64,000 bases of DNA from Octopus sinensis (Eukaryota), in NCBI RefSeq assembly GCF_006345805.1, contig NC_042998.1, positions 192,510,001 through 192,574,000 on the forward strand, given 5' to 3'. Of the stretch, positions 1-13,103 are shown piece by piece; within the stretch, counting starts at the first letter, position 1; each line of letters opens with the position of its first letter. The position numbers were made by a program, and so were the translations under genes. The notes beneath the pieces are model-generated. The model saw only the letters and a list, made by a program, of their open reading frames with translations. It was not told the DNA's origin and ran no database searches.

Positions 1-119
1 TCAATTCCAATTTTGTTTTTCCACTTCTCTATCTTAATACCGATAGGTAAACCTTTTCTAACTTAGCTTCATTGAAAATATATAAAACCGTTACGGTTCA
101 CAAATTTTAATTGCACCTG

Positions 120-122
<3 letters not shown>

Positions 123-182
<60 letters not shown>
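123..182. repeat. (TA)n microsatellite
   Basis: Uninterrupted TA run of about 60 bp. Confidence 0.98.
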
Positions 183-187
<5 letters not shown>

Positions 188-330
188 GTTTACTGTTCCG
201 TTAAGGTAAGATCAACAAAAAATGGCACTCCATCCAGTGAGAGATAAATATCGTTTAATGTACACAGTATAAAGATACGAGCTATTAATAGTTTCTTGCT
301 ATGAAGACACGTGTCTAATCAGGTTTTTAT

Positions 331-612
331 AACCTCGGCGGAATTTGAACTCAGAAACGTAACGGCAAACGAAATACCTATTTCTTTATTACCCACAAGG
401 GGCTAAACATAGAAGAGACAAACAAGGACAGAAAAAGGGTTTCAGTCGATTACATCGATCCCAGTGCGTAACTGGTACTTTATTTATCGACCCCGAAAGG
501 ATGAAAGGCATAGTCGACCTCGGCGGAATTTGAACTCAGAAACGTAATGGCAGACGAAATACCGCTAACCATTTTACCCAGCGCGCTAACGTTTCTGCCA
601 GCTCGCCGCCTT
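331..612 (-). mobile_element. SINE family A, full unit plus partial second unit
   Basis: Minus strand reads GGCGGCGAGCTGGCAGAA (A-box-like) ... GAGTTCAAATTCC (B-box-like). The unit junction AAAGAAATA|GGTATTTCG is at ~379. Confidence 0.85.
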
Positions 613-1103
613 CAAATTCTTGTACTAAATATATATATATCCTCATATAAATCAATGATTTTATACTTATAAGTAATTGCATGTTCCATATATATAAAGC
701 TGAATCCTTTAAAACAACTTCCAGTACCATTATATTACAGCCTACTCAACTCCAGACACTGCTCCACCCTTAACACTAGACGACATTGTAAATCACTGAT
801 CGCAACGCTTCATCAAAAACTGGTTCTGTTGTACTAATATTGTTGACCCCCGTTACGGCAGACTTAACTTTGTCCACGCCTCGCTAAGTTCGGATTTCTG
901 CGTCGATTTAACCAATGTTTGCCAATTACGTCCATCAAAACTGGGGAAAGATTTGCCAGTTACGGTTATATAAGTCCATCAAGTGTTACTCAGCGAGCGT
1001 TGCACCATCGCATCATCACCACCCATTCATTATACGGTCAGATGTTCAGTGAAGCTGTCATGTTTCTGTTGATGAATAGCACCGGTTTGATGCATACAAT
1101 ATA

Positions 1104-1104
1104 A

Positions 1105-1156
<52 letters not shown>

Positions 1157-1180
1157 TTAATAATAATAATAATAATATTG

Positions 1181-1216
<36 letters not shown>

Positions 1217-1284
1217 TTGATAATAATATTGATAATAATAATAATAATGATAATAATAATAATAATGATAATAATAATAATAAT
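1104..1284. repeat. (AAT)n microsatellite
   Basis: AAT run with GAT/ATT variants. Confidence 0.97.
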
Positions 1285-1285
1285 T

Positions 1286-1752
1286 AAAAGATGGGCTACA
1301 GCAAATATTCTGCTCAATACCACAGATTTGCTTGTCAGTTGTTTGACCTTAACCAGTGGAGCATGTCCCTTAGTGGCTGACGATATGTGCATCTCTGATC
1401 ATGAGCAGAAGTAGTGGGGGAGCATCATAGCCATGTGTTGAGAGGGATTCTTTGGGGTTTGAATAATTCACCTCTGGAAACATGGGTGGTTTTTTTCAAC
1501 ATCCTTAAACAACCCTTATTCAGGGACCGTTTGAGCGGGATGGGCTACTCAACCTGAAGAAAATTCTAACTGGGCCCCACCTGCAAGGTCATGTGCTTTT
1601 TATCTTGATATGAAATCACCATGTCGCGCACATATGGTTGTGATGCATGTGCCTGGTGTACCCTTATCAGACGGGTAGTCATGATGGGTATATTGGGCTT
1701 CGTATATTTTACCCCAGTGTCACTTTGATGGCATGCACTGCTCTCTCACTCA
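1286..1752 (+). mobile_element. Family H retroposon embedded in (AAT)n
   Basis: Same sequence recurs at 3938-4304, ~6964-7098, 17023-17493 and 35331-35549. One end is fixed (CTCTCTCACTCA followed by (ATA)n) and the other end is variable. Confidence 0.8.
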
Positions 1753-1848
1753 ATAATAATAATAACAATAATAATAATATTAATAATAATAATAGTAATG
1801 ATAATAATAATAGTAATAATAATAATAATGATAATAATAATAGTAATG

Positions 1849-1897
<49 letters not shown>

Positions 1898-1910
1898 TGA
1901 TAATAATAGT
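1752..1910. repeat. (AAT)n microsatellite / tail of family H
   Basis: AAT run directly after the fixed end of family H. Confidence 0.95.
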
Positions 1911-2166
1911 ATAAAGTGTTTTTCTTTTATATATGTAATTATACATACATGCTTATATATATAAATGCTGCATCTATATATAGTCATGTGCGTGTATATG
2001 TATTTTTGTATGTATGTATATATAATTATATGTACACAGATACATATCGATAGATGGACAGATACATAGATTGATTGATTGATTGATACATACCTACCTA
2101 CATACATACACACACACATACATACATACATACATACATACACACACACATACATACATACATACA

Positions 2167-2197
<31 letters not shown>

Positions 2198-3097
2198 GTA
2201 TATACATACATACTTAGCAGACCTTCAGTGACCTCATATAGACGTCGGCTGGAAATGTTCCAGGACGTTTCTGATTTAATAGATACTTCCTGGTCAATGT
2301 ATATTATATTTAACGTTTGTCCAAATATAACCTTTGATTATATTATTAAGAGAGATACTTACCGTTGTTTACATTTCTGTTTTTTTTTTTTTTGGTTTTT
2401 TTTTTATTCCACGTCCGTCCTGACTGAACAGATCTCTAATTAAAAGCACTCCAACAAGGCCGCCGATATCGTTTTTTTTTTTTTTCAGACACAGTTGATT
2501 CCAGATTAAACTATCCAGTATATATCCCTTCGCTGTTTTTTAAGAAGTCTTTGACTGTTATTACTAGCAGATGAACTGACCATATACAGGCTCCCTCATC
2601 GGCTTTATGAATAGACGTTTAATGTTCATAATTGTTCACGGTTGTTTAGAGTCCTACCTGCTTGTTTGATCTTTGCAAACTCTCTATTTCTATAGTGCTT
2701 TTATTCAAGTAATATAACCATAAAAACACGTATAATAGACGTCTCCCGACTGAAACTAGACTGTAACCTAGAATAATTTCAGCAGAACATTTTATGGTTT
2801 CAGTAACAACATTATTTAACTAAATTTTTATGTCTATGAGGGTTTTACAATGTACAGTTTTATTTATCAAGATGACCTGTCGTCTCTAGAAGGTTATTTT
2901 TAAGACTGGAGACTGGCAAGGTATTACTGTATAGCACCACACAAGATTTGCCTGAGGGAAGAGAGGTGTGCCGCCGCCAGTATAGAGTTAAGTGTCCTCG
3001 CCACGGGCATTGCAGTGACCGCGTCATTTAACAAAACACTTAAACGCTTAATTGTGTGTGTGTGTGTGTGTGTAAGCGTGCGCATGCAGGTGTGTTG

Positions 3098-3680
3098 TTG
3101 TGATTTGCAAAATCATTAGCACGCCGGATGAAATACGTAGCCGTATTTCGTCTGCCGTTACGTTCTGAGTTCAAATTCCGCCGAGGTCGACTTTGCTTTT
3201 CATCCTTTCGGGGTCGATACATTAAGTACCAGTTATGCACTGGTGTCGATATAATCGACCTTATCCCTTTGTCTGCCCTGGTTTGTCCTCTCTATTTTTA
3301 GCCCCTTGTGGGTAGTAAAAATATAGGTATTTCGTCTGCCGCTACGTTCTGAGTTCAAATTCCGCCGAGGTCGACTTTGCCTTTCATCCTTACAGGGTCG
3401 ATTAAATAAGTACCAGTTACGCACTGAGGTCGATATAATCGACTTAATCCCTTTGTCTGTCCTTGTTTCTCCCCTCTATGTTTAGCCTCTTGTGGGTAAT
3501 AAAGAAATAGGTATTTCGTCCATCTTTACATTCTGGGTTCAGATTCCGCAGAAATCGACTTTGCCTTTCATTCTTTCGGGTTGATGAAATAAGTACCAGT
3601 TGCGTACTGGGGTCGATGTAATCGACTGATCCCCACCACGCAGTAAATTTCAGGCCTTGTGCTTATAGTAGAAATTATTG
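3098..3680 (+). mobile_element. SINE-A array, head plus 3 units
   Basis: Junctions onto GGTATTTCG at 3326 and 3510 (184-bp period). The third unit has a divergent tail. Confidence 0.8.
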
Positions 3681-3734
<54 letters not shown>

Positions 3735-3937
3735 CACCGAGGTCGACTTTGCTTTTCATCCTTTCGGGATCGATGAAATAAGTATCATTTGAATACTGGA
3801 GTCGATGTAGTCGACTTACCCCCTCCCCCACAATTTCAGGCCTAGTACCAAAATTTGAAACCATTATCATTATCATTGGCGGCAAGCTGGTAGAATTGCT
3901 AGCACGCCAGACAAAATGCTTAGTGGCATTTCGTCTT

Positions 3938-4304
3938 GGGTCCAGTTAGAATTTTCTTCTGGTCGAGTAGCCAATCCCGCTCAAAAGGTCCCTGAATAAG
4001 GATTGTTTAAGGATGTTGAACGAACCACACATGCTTCCAAAGGTGAATATCAAAACCTCTAAGAATTCCTTTCAACAGACGGCTATGATGCTCCTCCACT
4101 ACTTCTGCTCGTAATCAGAGATGCACATATCATCAGCCACTAAGGGACATGCTCAACTGGTTACGGTCAAACAACTGACAAGCAAATCTGTGGTATTGAG
4201 CAGAATAATTGCTGTAGCCCATCTTTTATACCAAGACAAAACAATCTACATGATAACACTTCCAATCAGTTAAGATCAGCAGCCATGACAGCCACTGCCT
4301 GGTA
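3938..4304 (-). mobile_element. Family H fragment
   Basis: Matches the 1286-1752 copy in reverse and extends further 5'. Confidence 0.75.
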
Positions 4305-5129
4305 TTGGTATAAATTTATCACAATAGACAGAGCTTTCCTACTCGAGGAATTCTTCCAACAAAAGCTGAGTTTGGAAACTAGCTTATCTCTGTTATTACG
4401 AAAATAAAGTAGGTCCACATTAGCCTTTGAAGGAGCAACTACATGAAGCGTTGGTCATGTATGGCACACTGTCTACTCTATCGACTGGGACAGGTTGTAT
4501 AGAGATGTGTATCTGGTCTTTAAGATCGAACATGATGCTAGTCAACATGTTGAACTGGTGTAGCCCATATCCGATCACAAGCTGGTACAGTTGCCTATGA
4601 GGAGACAGAAAAAAGGATGACGGCCAATAGTTTTGCTACGGGCACATTGACTCTTCGCTTATCGCTACGTTTGTATTACAGTGCGAGAAAGTGGTGAGGG
4701 CAGAAGTGACAGACAACGACATGTAGTTGAGTAGGATCCGCATGGACAGGCAAAATCCTGGAGGTCATCTTTTCTCGAGGTTGCATGAAATTCGCGGTTC
4801 TTCGAATTACTGAATTTATGGTTCAGCTGAATGAACAACCATTCAAAGTAGAAAACGGTGTGTTGATTAATGAGAAGATAAGAGTCAGGTTTTGTGGAAA
4901 TTATGGGTGGAAAATTATGGGTAAAGGTAAAACTACATCTTCAAAGTATACACTGATAGACTGCGACTACCAAAAGGGGATTGGAACAATTCTCGCCTAG
5001 TCCGACACCAAAGACTTTCACCGATTCCTACAGAACAGTTTCAAGTACCAATAGTATAAAGCAGTCGGTGACATTGTGTGCCCTGATGTAACCTAGGTGT
5101 CAACTGCTCACCAATATGTGGGTGGGTTA

Positions 5130-5652
5130 CCGTAAATCCTCAAGTATAGTCCGCCCTTGAGTATAATACGCAGGGGATTTTTAGGGAGCTGTACCTCTGA
5201 AAAACCTAAACCTTGTGTATAATACGCACCCCTTCTCTAACTTGAGTCGTGCGTAATTAAGCTAGCCACACCAAGTCGAACAAACACTTCCGCACATGCG
5301 TAATACAATAATGGTGATGTTTTTAACTGTTATATGGGAATGTAAATATGTTTGCAAATTGTTTTTGTTATATGTTATTCTGTGTTCTGAATACTTTTAT
5401 TTTAATAAATATTGCTTATTGCAAGTTATGGATGATTCTTTTATGACTTCATTGCTTTCAGGCTTAGCTTAAGGTATTTTCGCGCCCGACATCACAAAAT
5501 GCATCTGAACAAACGTTACCCGACAACAAATAGAGACTTGGACATTGATTAGAAAATATTTTTCATTTTTAACCTCGTATATAGTACACACTAGGGATTT
5601 TGACCTTTAAATTTTTTTTTGGGGGGGGGAATGCGGATTATACTCGAGGATT
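5130..5652. mobile_element. Tc1/mariner(pogo/Tc2)-type MITE
   Basis: Left end is TA|CCGTAAATCCTCAAGTATAGTCCGC. Right end GCGGATTATACTCGAGGATT is an 18/20 inverted match. No ORF. Confidence 0.6.
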
Positions 5653-5680
5653 ATACTCTTATATGTATATGTTTGTTAAT

Positions 5681-5960
5681 TCTTTTATTTTTTTACGTGT
5701 TTCTGTCATTTGACTGCGGTCATACTGGAGCACAACTCTAAAGAGTTTTAGTCGCAGAAATAGACCCCGGGACTTATTCTTTGTGAGCATAGTACTTATT
5801 CTCTCAGTCTTTTTAGTCCGAACCGCTAAGTTACGAGGACATAAACACACCAACGTCGGTTGTCAAATGTTGGTGTGGAAGACAAACACAGACAAAAAAA
5901 CACTCACACATAAATATATATATACCTATATATACGACGAGCTTCTTTCAGTTTCTGTCA
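5681..5960 (-). mobile_element. SINE family B, 3' part
   Basis: Matches the full B copies at 10525-10930 and 13104-13482. Confidence 0.75.
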
Positions 5961-5976
5961 CACAACCACGCCTGTG

Positions 5977-6017
<41 letters not shown>

Positions 6018-6131
6018 ATATTTCGGAATGGTCATTTTGCCAGTTTAGCCAATAAAAACACACGCACTATATACTTGGTGTTACTTTGCTTCAGTGTTAT
6101 TTATTTTTTACATTAATCTTAATCTTATTTC

Positions 6132-6176
6132 GGCCAGAGTTCTTTCGTCACACTCCTGTGACCGCATCAGTGGTCC
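6132..6176 (-). ncRNA. Degenerate minimal type I hammerhead ribozyme motif
   Basis: GGACCA CUGAUGC G GUCAC-AGGAGU-GUGAC GAAAG AA CUC UGGCC. Stem II has 5 bp and stem I 4-5 bp. The core has an A9->C change. Confidence 0.55.
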
Positions 6177-7112
6177 TTTGTTTTCTTCCCACTTATTTGT
6201 GTGTGTGTAATTTGCCAATGTTTTAAATATGCCCTTGGCGTCAGGTTTATTTTCTACCTCCCACCCAGCATCACTTCTATCCCAATTTATTTCTTTTATC
6301 TAACTGTCTGAACATTCATCTCCCACCCAGTTCGATTTGTAATCTTTTCTGTAAAACATTGGGTAACGAATGAAATAAAAAAGTTTCATCATCATCATCA
6401 CCATCATTCTCATCCCCATTATTCTTATAATTATTATTATTATTACTTTAGAAATAATTATAATATAATCAGAGCAATTCGGGTAATTCCAATGACCTCT
6501 GCTGGCCTGTCCAGACTGCAGAGATCAATAGAACTGATATTCAGCTTGAATTTCTATAAGTTGATGTCTCAACACATACACACACACACACACACACAAG
6601 CAACACAAAGGGAGACAGAGAGGTTTATTATCAGACGTCATTTCCCAGAGGCAGCGTTATTTTCTTAATTCTTCAATATTCTGGAATGTGAGAACCAAAT
6701 TAATTACCTTCTGTTTTCCAAACTCAAAACTCTTAACAGGAGTGGCATTTATTACAGGCCCTGCATTTTCCTGAACACTGTGATAAATGCCTATATTACT
6801 ATAGTACTATAAAGCCTTCGACTTCTATGAACGACTAGATTTTTAAGGTTGATTCGTTTAAATAATTCCGAATTAAACAAATTATAATCACCAAATTTAA
6901 TGGCAGCAATGAATAAATATTTTGTTTGTTCCTTCACGATCCGGTTTCCCGGTTTTCTTAGGTTTTCTTCTGGTCGAGTAGCCCATCCCGCTCAAAAGGT
7001 CCCTGAATAAGGATTGTTTAAGGATGTTGAACGAACCACACATGTTTCCAAAGGTGAATTATTCAAACCTCTAGGAATTCCTTTCAACACACAGCCATAC
7101 TGGAGCACAACC

Positions 7113-7280
7113 CTGGACGGGACGCCGGTCCGTCGCAGGTGAGCTGCAAGATGCAAGCGAAAGAGTCAGCAGAAGTTCGCTATTACCTTCTGCCGGAGCT
7201 GCGTGGAGCTTAAGTGTTTCACTCATAAACAAACACATCGCCCGGTCTGAGATTCTAACCACTAGGCCTTGAGCCTCCGC
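7113..7280 (-). mobile_element. SINE family F, internally deleted
   Basis: Aligns to 53417-53722. The segment between the A and B boxes is deleted. Confidence 0.75.
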
Positions 7281-8958
7281 GAATAAATATTTATTTTATT
7301 TTTATTTGAATCGAATTAATAGTTGTGCCTTTCCATTCTTCCGTTTCCGTCCTTTATATTCATCATAAACCCATTGGGCTTAATTATCATTTCTCTCTTT
7401 ATATACCAGATGGATTGTTAAATCAGATCATTACTAATGTATTATAGGCTTCATATGTTTCGTGCTTTGGTTTAAAATGAACTGAGCATCTACTCATTTA
7501 AATTTACCACATAATTTACTACATCTAAGCCATCGTCTTCCAGTGTTAACATTCTAAATATCTACAAGTAACAGATAAATAGCAGATTTTTTTAAATAAT
7601 TATTAATGGCTCCCTTGTGTTCGTTTCGATTACTTCTGCACTGATCGTTGTATATTGGCTTTTAAATGTGTAGTGGGATCCATAAAAACTCTTATAATTC
7701 GATGAAATAGCTGGGTTTTTAACTTTGAGCTCCTTTTATTGGTTTCTCCCTTGTGTAATTCAACTCTGCCTGTCTGTGAGGAATTTTTTTTTATCCTTAA
7801 TAATCTTCGTTGAAAGTAGATGTAAGGGAGGTAATCCACTGTTCGTTAGCTACGACGAGATTTGGTGGAATGGTGGTTTTTGTTAATTTATGCTTTGAAT
7901 ATAAACCCTCAAGTGGTTGTTTTGTTTTGTATTTGTGAGATTGTTTTTCCGAAGGTATGATTAATTAAAAGCTACTAATACTTCAGGGTTAATTAAAAGT
8001 CATTTATAACCTTTCGAAAACAAATGTAAACGAATTTTATTTATGAGATAAATATTTCTTTATAACATAAAATATATGATACACATAGAAAAAAATATGT
8101 TCACTATCCGAAATGTCCTAATCTTGTTTCATTTTCTTTAGATATATTATTTCCTGTGTTAGGAAGGTGATAATTAGCTGTGACAGGGAAGAAACGGATA
8201 TAAAATATTTGGTATAACATCGAATATTGTGTATTTCATTAAAGAAAATTTAGAATAAATGTTTTTAATTTATCATATCAAGTGGCTTAACCTGTACATA
8301 GAAAATATTATTTCGTACACTAACAGAGGATTTGGAAGAAAAGGAATAAAAAAATAATTCGGTCTATAATACGTTGCTAATTTTATCGACCCCAGACGTT
8401 TACCGTCTGAGAAAGCACATGAAGAAATTAAATACTGTAAAGCATTTCGTTGGATAGCTTAATTATTTTCTTTCACTCCACATCTCATAATTGAAAATAG
8501 TTTTTTTCTTTTAACTATTTAGTATATTCTACTGACTTATAAATATTTTGCCATTTGTGGGGAGAAAATGTTGGATTCTTCTCCGCTGTATATTATGTAG
8601 GTAAGTTATCTCCCTTAACAAAGGCTTATTTCTCAGTTACCTCCCTTACTGTGTTGCAGCCACAAGCTGTCTTTCATTTCGAAGAATAAAATTATGAATA
8701 AGAGAACGGTAGAAGGCAATTATAGTTGCAATTATACAATTTTCATTTTACACAGTATGGATTTTTTTTCAGTATGTAAATTATTAATATCTTATTTTTA
8801 CGAATTACAACAGTCACATTTAAAATGTTTCGCTTTATTTCTCAGCACGGAAAAATATTAAACGAGCGCATTACAAATGTCCCAGGACCTTTATATTAGC
8901 AGCAATCTGTCGTTCAGTTTCTCTTACGCCTCGCGCCTGCGAGATTCTTCGCGACTGA

Positions 8959-9308
8959 TCTCTCTATATATAAAGCTGAAGTTGTCTGTGTGTGGCAGGT
9001 TTGGTAGTCTTCAACTAACACTATCTCCTCCGAGACCCTGCGGCGCAAGTTGACCAAAATTGAGAGTATGATAGAAGACCATGTTAACACCAAAAATTAT
9101 TTACATCAAAAAGGTGCTTTTTTTCTATGAAAATCCCTATTTTTTACGATATTTTGACTACTGTGTCACCATTTTTCGGTGTATTTCAACCAGAATAATG
9201 TTCACTTAAAGAGAATGACAAGCTACATAATGCAAAATTTTTACTTTTCAAAAATTCCAATTCTAAAGGGTCGAAACAAACCCGAGCAACGCCGGGCGAT
9301 ACTGCTAG
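8959..9308 (+). mobile_element. Non-autonomous Helitron
   Basis: 5' end is A|TC..TATATATAAAGC. There is a 3' hairpin CCCG-AGCAACGC-CGGG (9281-9296), then CTAG|T (9305-9308). These are canonical Helitron termini in an A/T site. Confidence 0.8.
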
Positions 9309-10120
9309 TATTTTGTTAAAAAACTGTACCTTTCACCTACATTGTCCTTGACAAAGTGATATAGATATGAAACGTTCCGTGGTGACATATCAACTCCTTT
9401 GAGAAATAGACTTAATAGATTTCCCGTTATTTATTTATTTAATAATTACTTAGCCAGGGAAAGAAAAGAAAACACCAATGACCCTAAGGCTTCCGGTATT
9501 TGAGGCAGAGAAAGAAGGGGTGATCCCCAAACAGAACTTGGTGCAACTGAGTGAACCCTTCCAAAGGATCTAAAAATCGGAACAAATATCTCAAGGCAAC
9601 TCACCCGATGCTCTAATAATTCCACCAAACCACCATTTTTTATCAACTCCCGAACGGTTGAAAGGAGGCATCGTTGACCGGCAGAGAATTGAACCCGTGG
9701 TGCAGAGAGTAGAAGAAATACTGCTCTAAGGAATCTATTGATTCACCAATGTAACACCACCTTTTTAAGTTTTGGGTAGGCCAGGTTTCAGGTCTAAAAA
9801 TGAATCGTAATTCCGTTTACTTTTACTACCGGCGATTTCTATGACCCCAGGGACATGGGATCTAGAGTGTTACCTTTCCTCCTTTGATGTAGATATGTCT
9901 TTATATTTTAGGGGCTATTTCTATTTTCCCCTAGAAGTAAGAAATAAATTAGACAAATTTAATTTCATGGTTTAGGTTAATATTTAAGGTAGTTTTTCGG
10001 CAGAATCGTTAGTGCCAGAGAAATGCTTTAAATATTTTTTTCTTCTGACACGTTGAATTCCGAGTTCAAATCCTGCTGAAGTGAATTTTGTTTCTCTTTC
10101 TTCCCGAGTTGATAAAATAC

Positions 10121-10125
<5 letters not shown>

Positions 10126-10180
<55 letters not shown>

Positions 10181-10360
10181 CTCTCTCACTCACTCACTCA
10201 CTAACTCTTTCTCCCCCCCTCTCTCTCTCACTCACTCACTCACTCTTTCTTCCCCTCTCTCTCTCTCTTACTCACTCACTCATTCTTTCTCTCTCTCTCC
10301 CCTCTCTCTCTCTCCCCTCTCTCTCTCTCCCCTCTCTCTCTCTTTCTCTCTCTCTCTCTT
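10126..10360. repeat. (CT)n/(CTCA)n compound microsatellite
   Basis: Polypyrimidine dinucleotide run. Confidence 0.95.
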
Positions 10361-10524
10361 CCACACACACACACAATCGGCTACGTGAGAAGAAAGTAGG
10401 GTCTAGCTGTATCCTTTTCCTTCAAAACAACCACTTCCGTTGCTGAGTTTCTCTTAAAGTATATGGTACCTGTTGATTTTTAAGATTAATATTTAATAAT
10501 TATATCACTGATTTAATTATAATA

Positions 10525-10930
10525 TACTCCTTTACTCTTTTACTTGTTTGACTCATTTGACTGCGGCCATGCTGGAGCACCGCCTTTAGTCGAGCAAATC
10601 GATCCCAGGACTTATTCTTTGGAAGCCTAGTACTAATTCTATCGGTCTCTCTTACCGAACCGCTAAGTTACGGGGACGTAAACACACCACAATCGGTTGT
10701 CAAGCGATGTTGGGGGGACAAACACAGACACACAAACAAACACACACACACATATATACATATACATATATACAACGGGCTTCTTTCAGTTTCCGTCTAC
10801 CAAATCCACTCACAAGGCTTTGGTCGCCTCTAGGCTATAGTAGAAGACACTTGCCCAAATTGTCACGCAGTGGGACTGAACCCAGAACCATGTGGTTAGT
10901 AAGCAAGTTACTTACCACACAGCCACTCCT
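10525..10930 (-). mobile_element. SINE family B, full length
   Basis: tRNA-like head GGAGTGGCTGTGTGG...GGGTTCAGTCCC, a CORE-like TTGGGCAAGTGTCTT, an internal (TA/TG)n, and an AAAAGAGT tail. Confidence 0.85.
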
Positions 10931-11103
10931 GCGCATAATATAATAATTATTCCACAGAACTGAAGCAAAGCTTACCCGACTCATGATTTTTAGATATGCA
11001 GTAAATCCCAAAACTATCTTAAAATGTTGTTTATATATTTTTTGACAAAATAAAAATTCAATTCAATCTGTATTACTAAAATTTAATTTTTTAAATGTCC
11101 ATT

Positions 11104-11447
11104 AAAGGGTAAAGACCCCCTTCGGTCATGAATGACCATGGGATTGCACCTAGAAAGTTACCCTCCTAGACACAAGTCCGGGCAAGGTTGTTTATGGAAG
11201 ACCAGCAGTCGCCCATGCATACCAGCCTCCCCTCTCCACGCCACCAGTGTTATCCAAGGGAAAGACAAAGGCCGATACAGCTTGGCACCAGTGACGTCGC
11301 AACTCATTTCTACAGCTGAGTGAACTGGAGCAACGTGAAATAAAGTGCCTTGCTCAAGAACACAACACGCAGCTCGGTCCGGGATTCGAGCTCACAACCT
11401 CACGATCGTAAGCTCGACGCTCTAACCACTGAGCCATGCGCCTTCAC
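11104..11447 (-). mobile_element. SINE family D (tRNA head + CORE-like body)
   Basis: Head GGCGCATGGCTCAGTGGTTAGAGCG...GAGCTCGAATCCC is followed by GTGTTCTTGAGCAAGGCACTT. Confidence 0.75.
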
Positions 11448-11689
11448 ATTACCACTCATATAAAAAGAGAATTTTCTCTCTTTTTGGCTTTCTGTCTTTA
11501 ATTTAATACATAATAGATATGAGCACTCACTCACACAGACTGTAATTGCTTTCTATTCCGATCACCCGTAAATTGAATTCTCCGAACGTATCTACCAGCT
11601 TCTTAGGTTCTGGCCGAAGTTCGTCATTAGCTGTTAATAGACTGCCAGTGTGGTTTACACAAAACATCTGTCATCTCTTAAAGCACATT

Positions 11690-11938
<249 letters not shown>

Positions 11939-12504
11939 CTCGGGTTTTTGCTTGCCCGATTCGGACACCCGAGAATCCCAGACTCTGCAGGTGTGTGGAT
12001 AGGTGGGGGTTTTCATGTCACCATTGATTGACTCCCGAATGCTTGAAATGAGGCATCGTTGACCGGCAAGATTTGAACCCATGGCGCAGAGAGTAGAAGA
12101 AATACTGCTCTAACGAATTAGATTGAGCCTATTTACTGGCCCCCGTCTGTTTCCCACTCTTTTCCGCAATTCATCTCCTCCCCATCGCCAAAACGTCTAC
12201 GGCGCATAACTAATTCTCGGTGCCTTTCCTGAGGGAGAAGTCTTCCTAGCTTTGAGGTACCCTACAACATTGATCTCTGGATTTGTGGTACTGCGGGAGC
12301 CTTTGCTTCTGCTCTGGGCATCTCCAGATTTATAACCTTCCACGATCTGGAAACATCGATTAAAGTAATTATGATTTTCATGATCTTCAGGCTAGGGGCC
12401 AGCTGTTCTGGTTGCTGCCCCTACTACTGTTCGTCACTTCTATGCAGAACGTTTTCAAATGGCAATTAGTTCCTACCTTCGCACACCCACAGTATTGAGT
12501 AATT

Positions 12505-12880
12505 ACAACCGTGTTTCATGGTCTGCTACCACAACAGCTCCTTTATAGGATCCAGTTAGCTCAAGACATCATCAGGATGAATCACGTCCGGTTTCGGCCC
12601 CTACTCCTCTACCGTTTTGACGTGGCGGAGCCCCCTCCCCTTTCGGAGGTGTCTTCAGCTCTGGTGTTGGGTGTATGTCTTCTTTCTTCTGTTTCCTGGC
12701 CTCTTCGATGTATCGTCAGCGAGTGTCAGCCGGTGATTGACTGTCTTGTCAAATTTTCCCCCTTTAAATACCTGCCGCTAGGCTCCAAAAGGCAGCCCCA
12801 GCAAGTTGTCACGTGACACTGTCTCACCTTAACTGACTAGTGAAGGCGCGTAGTTTTAGCCCGCGCTTTTTCTAAACGAC
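12505..12880. repeat. Unclassified interspersed repeat, second copy at 46751-47118
   Basis: About 370 bp of clear colinear similarity between the two loci. Contains TGTCACGTGACA. Confidence 0.75.
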
Positions 12881-13103
12881 CGTCACCTATCAGCAGGTGA
12901 ATGAACCACCACTAAGTTTGCACTTTCGATTGTCAATCTGTAATGGCTTGTGCTTACCAATCATCTTGTCCCATTTAATTGTTATTCCGTCCGTTTTCTC
13001 TTCCAAATCTGCCTCTGTGCTTTCAAAACTCTAGAGGACTAACTCGCTACTACCACTCTTGCACCCACATACATCTACCAATTAACCAAGTAAACTTTAT
13101 ATA

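Noticed and set aside
4785-5000. 71-aa ORF with faint retroelement flavour (KVENGVLI)
   Set aside because: No recognisable motif. It would need an HMM/BLASTx hit to support it.
12560-12680. CTGAAGA, GAAAC and CTGATGA words on the minus strand
   Set aside because: They cannot be assembled into a hammerhead of any type with paired stems.
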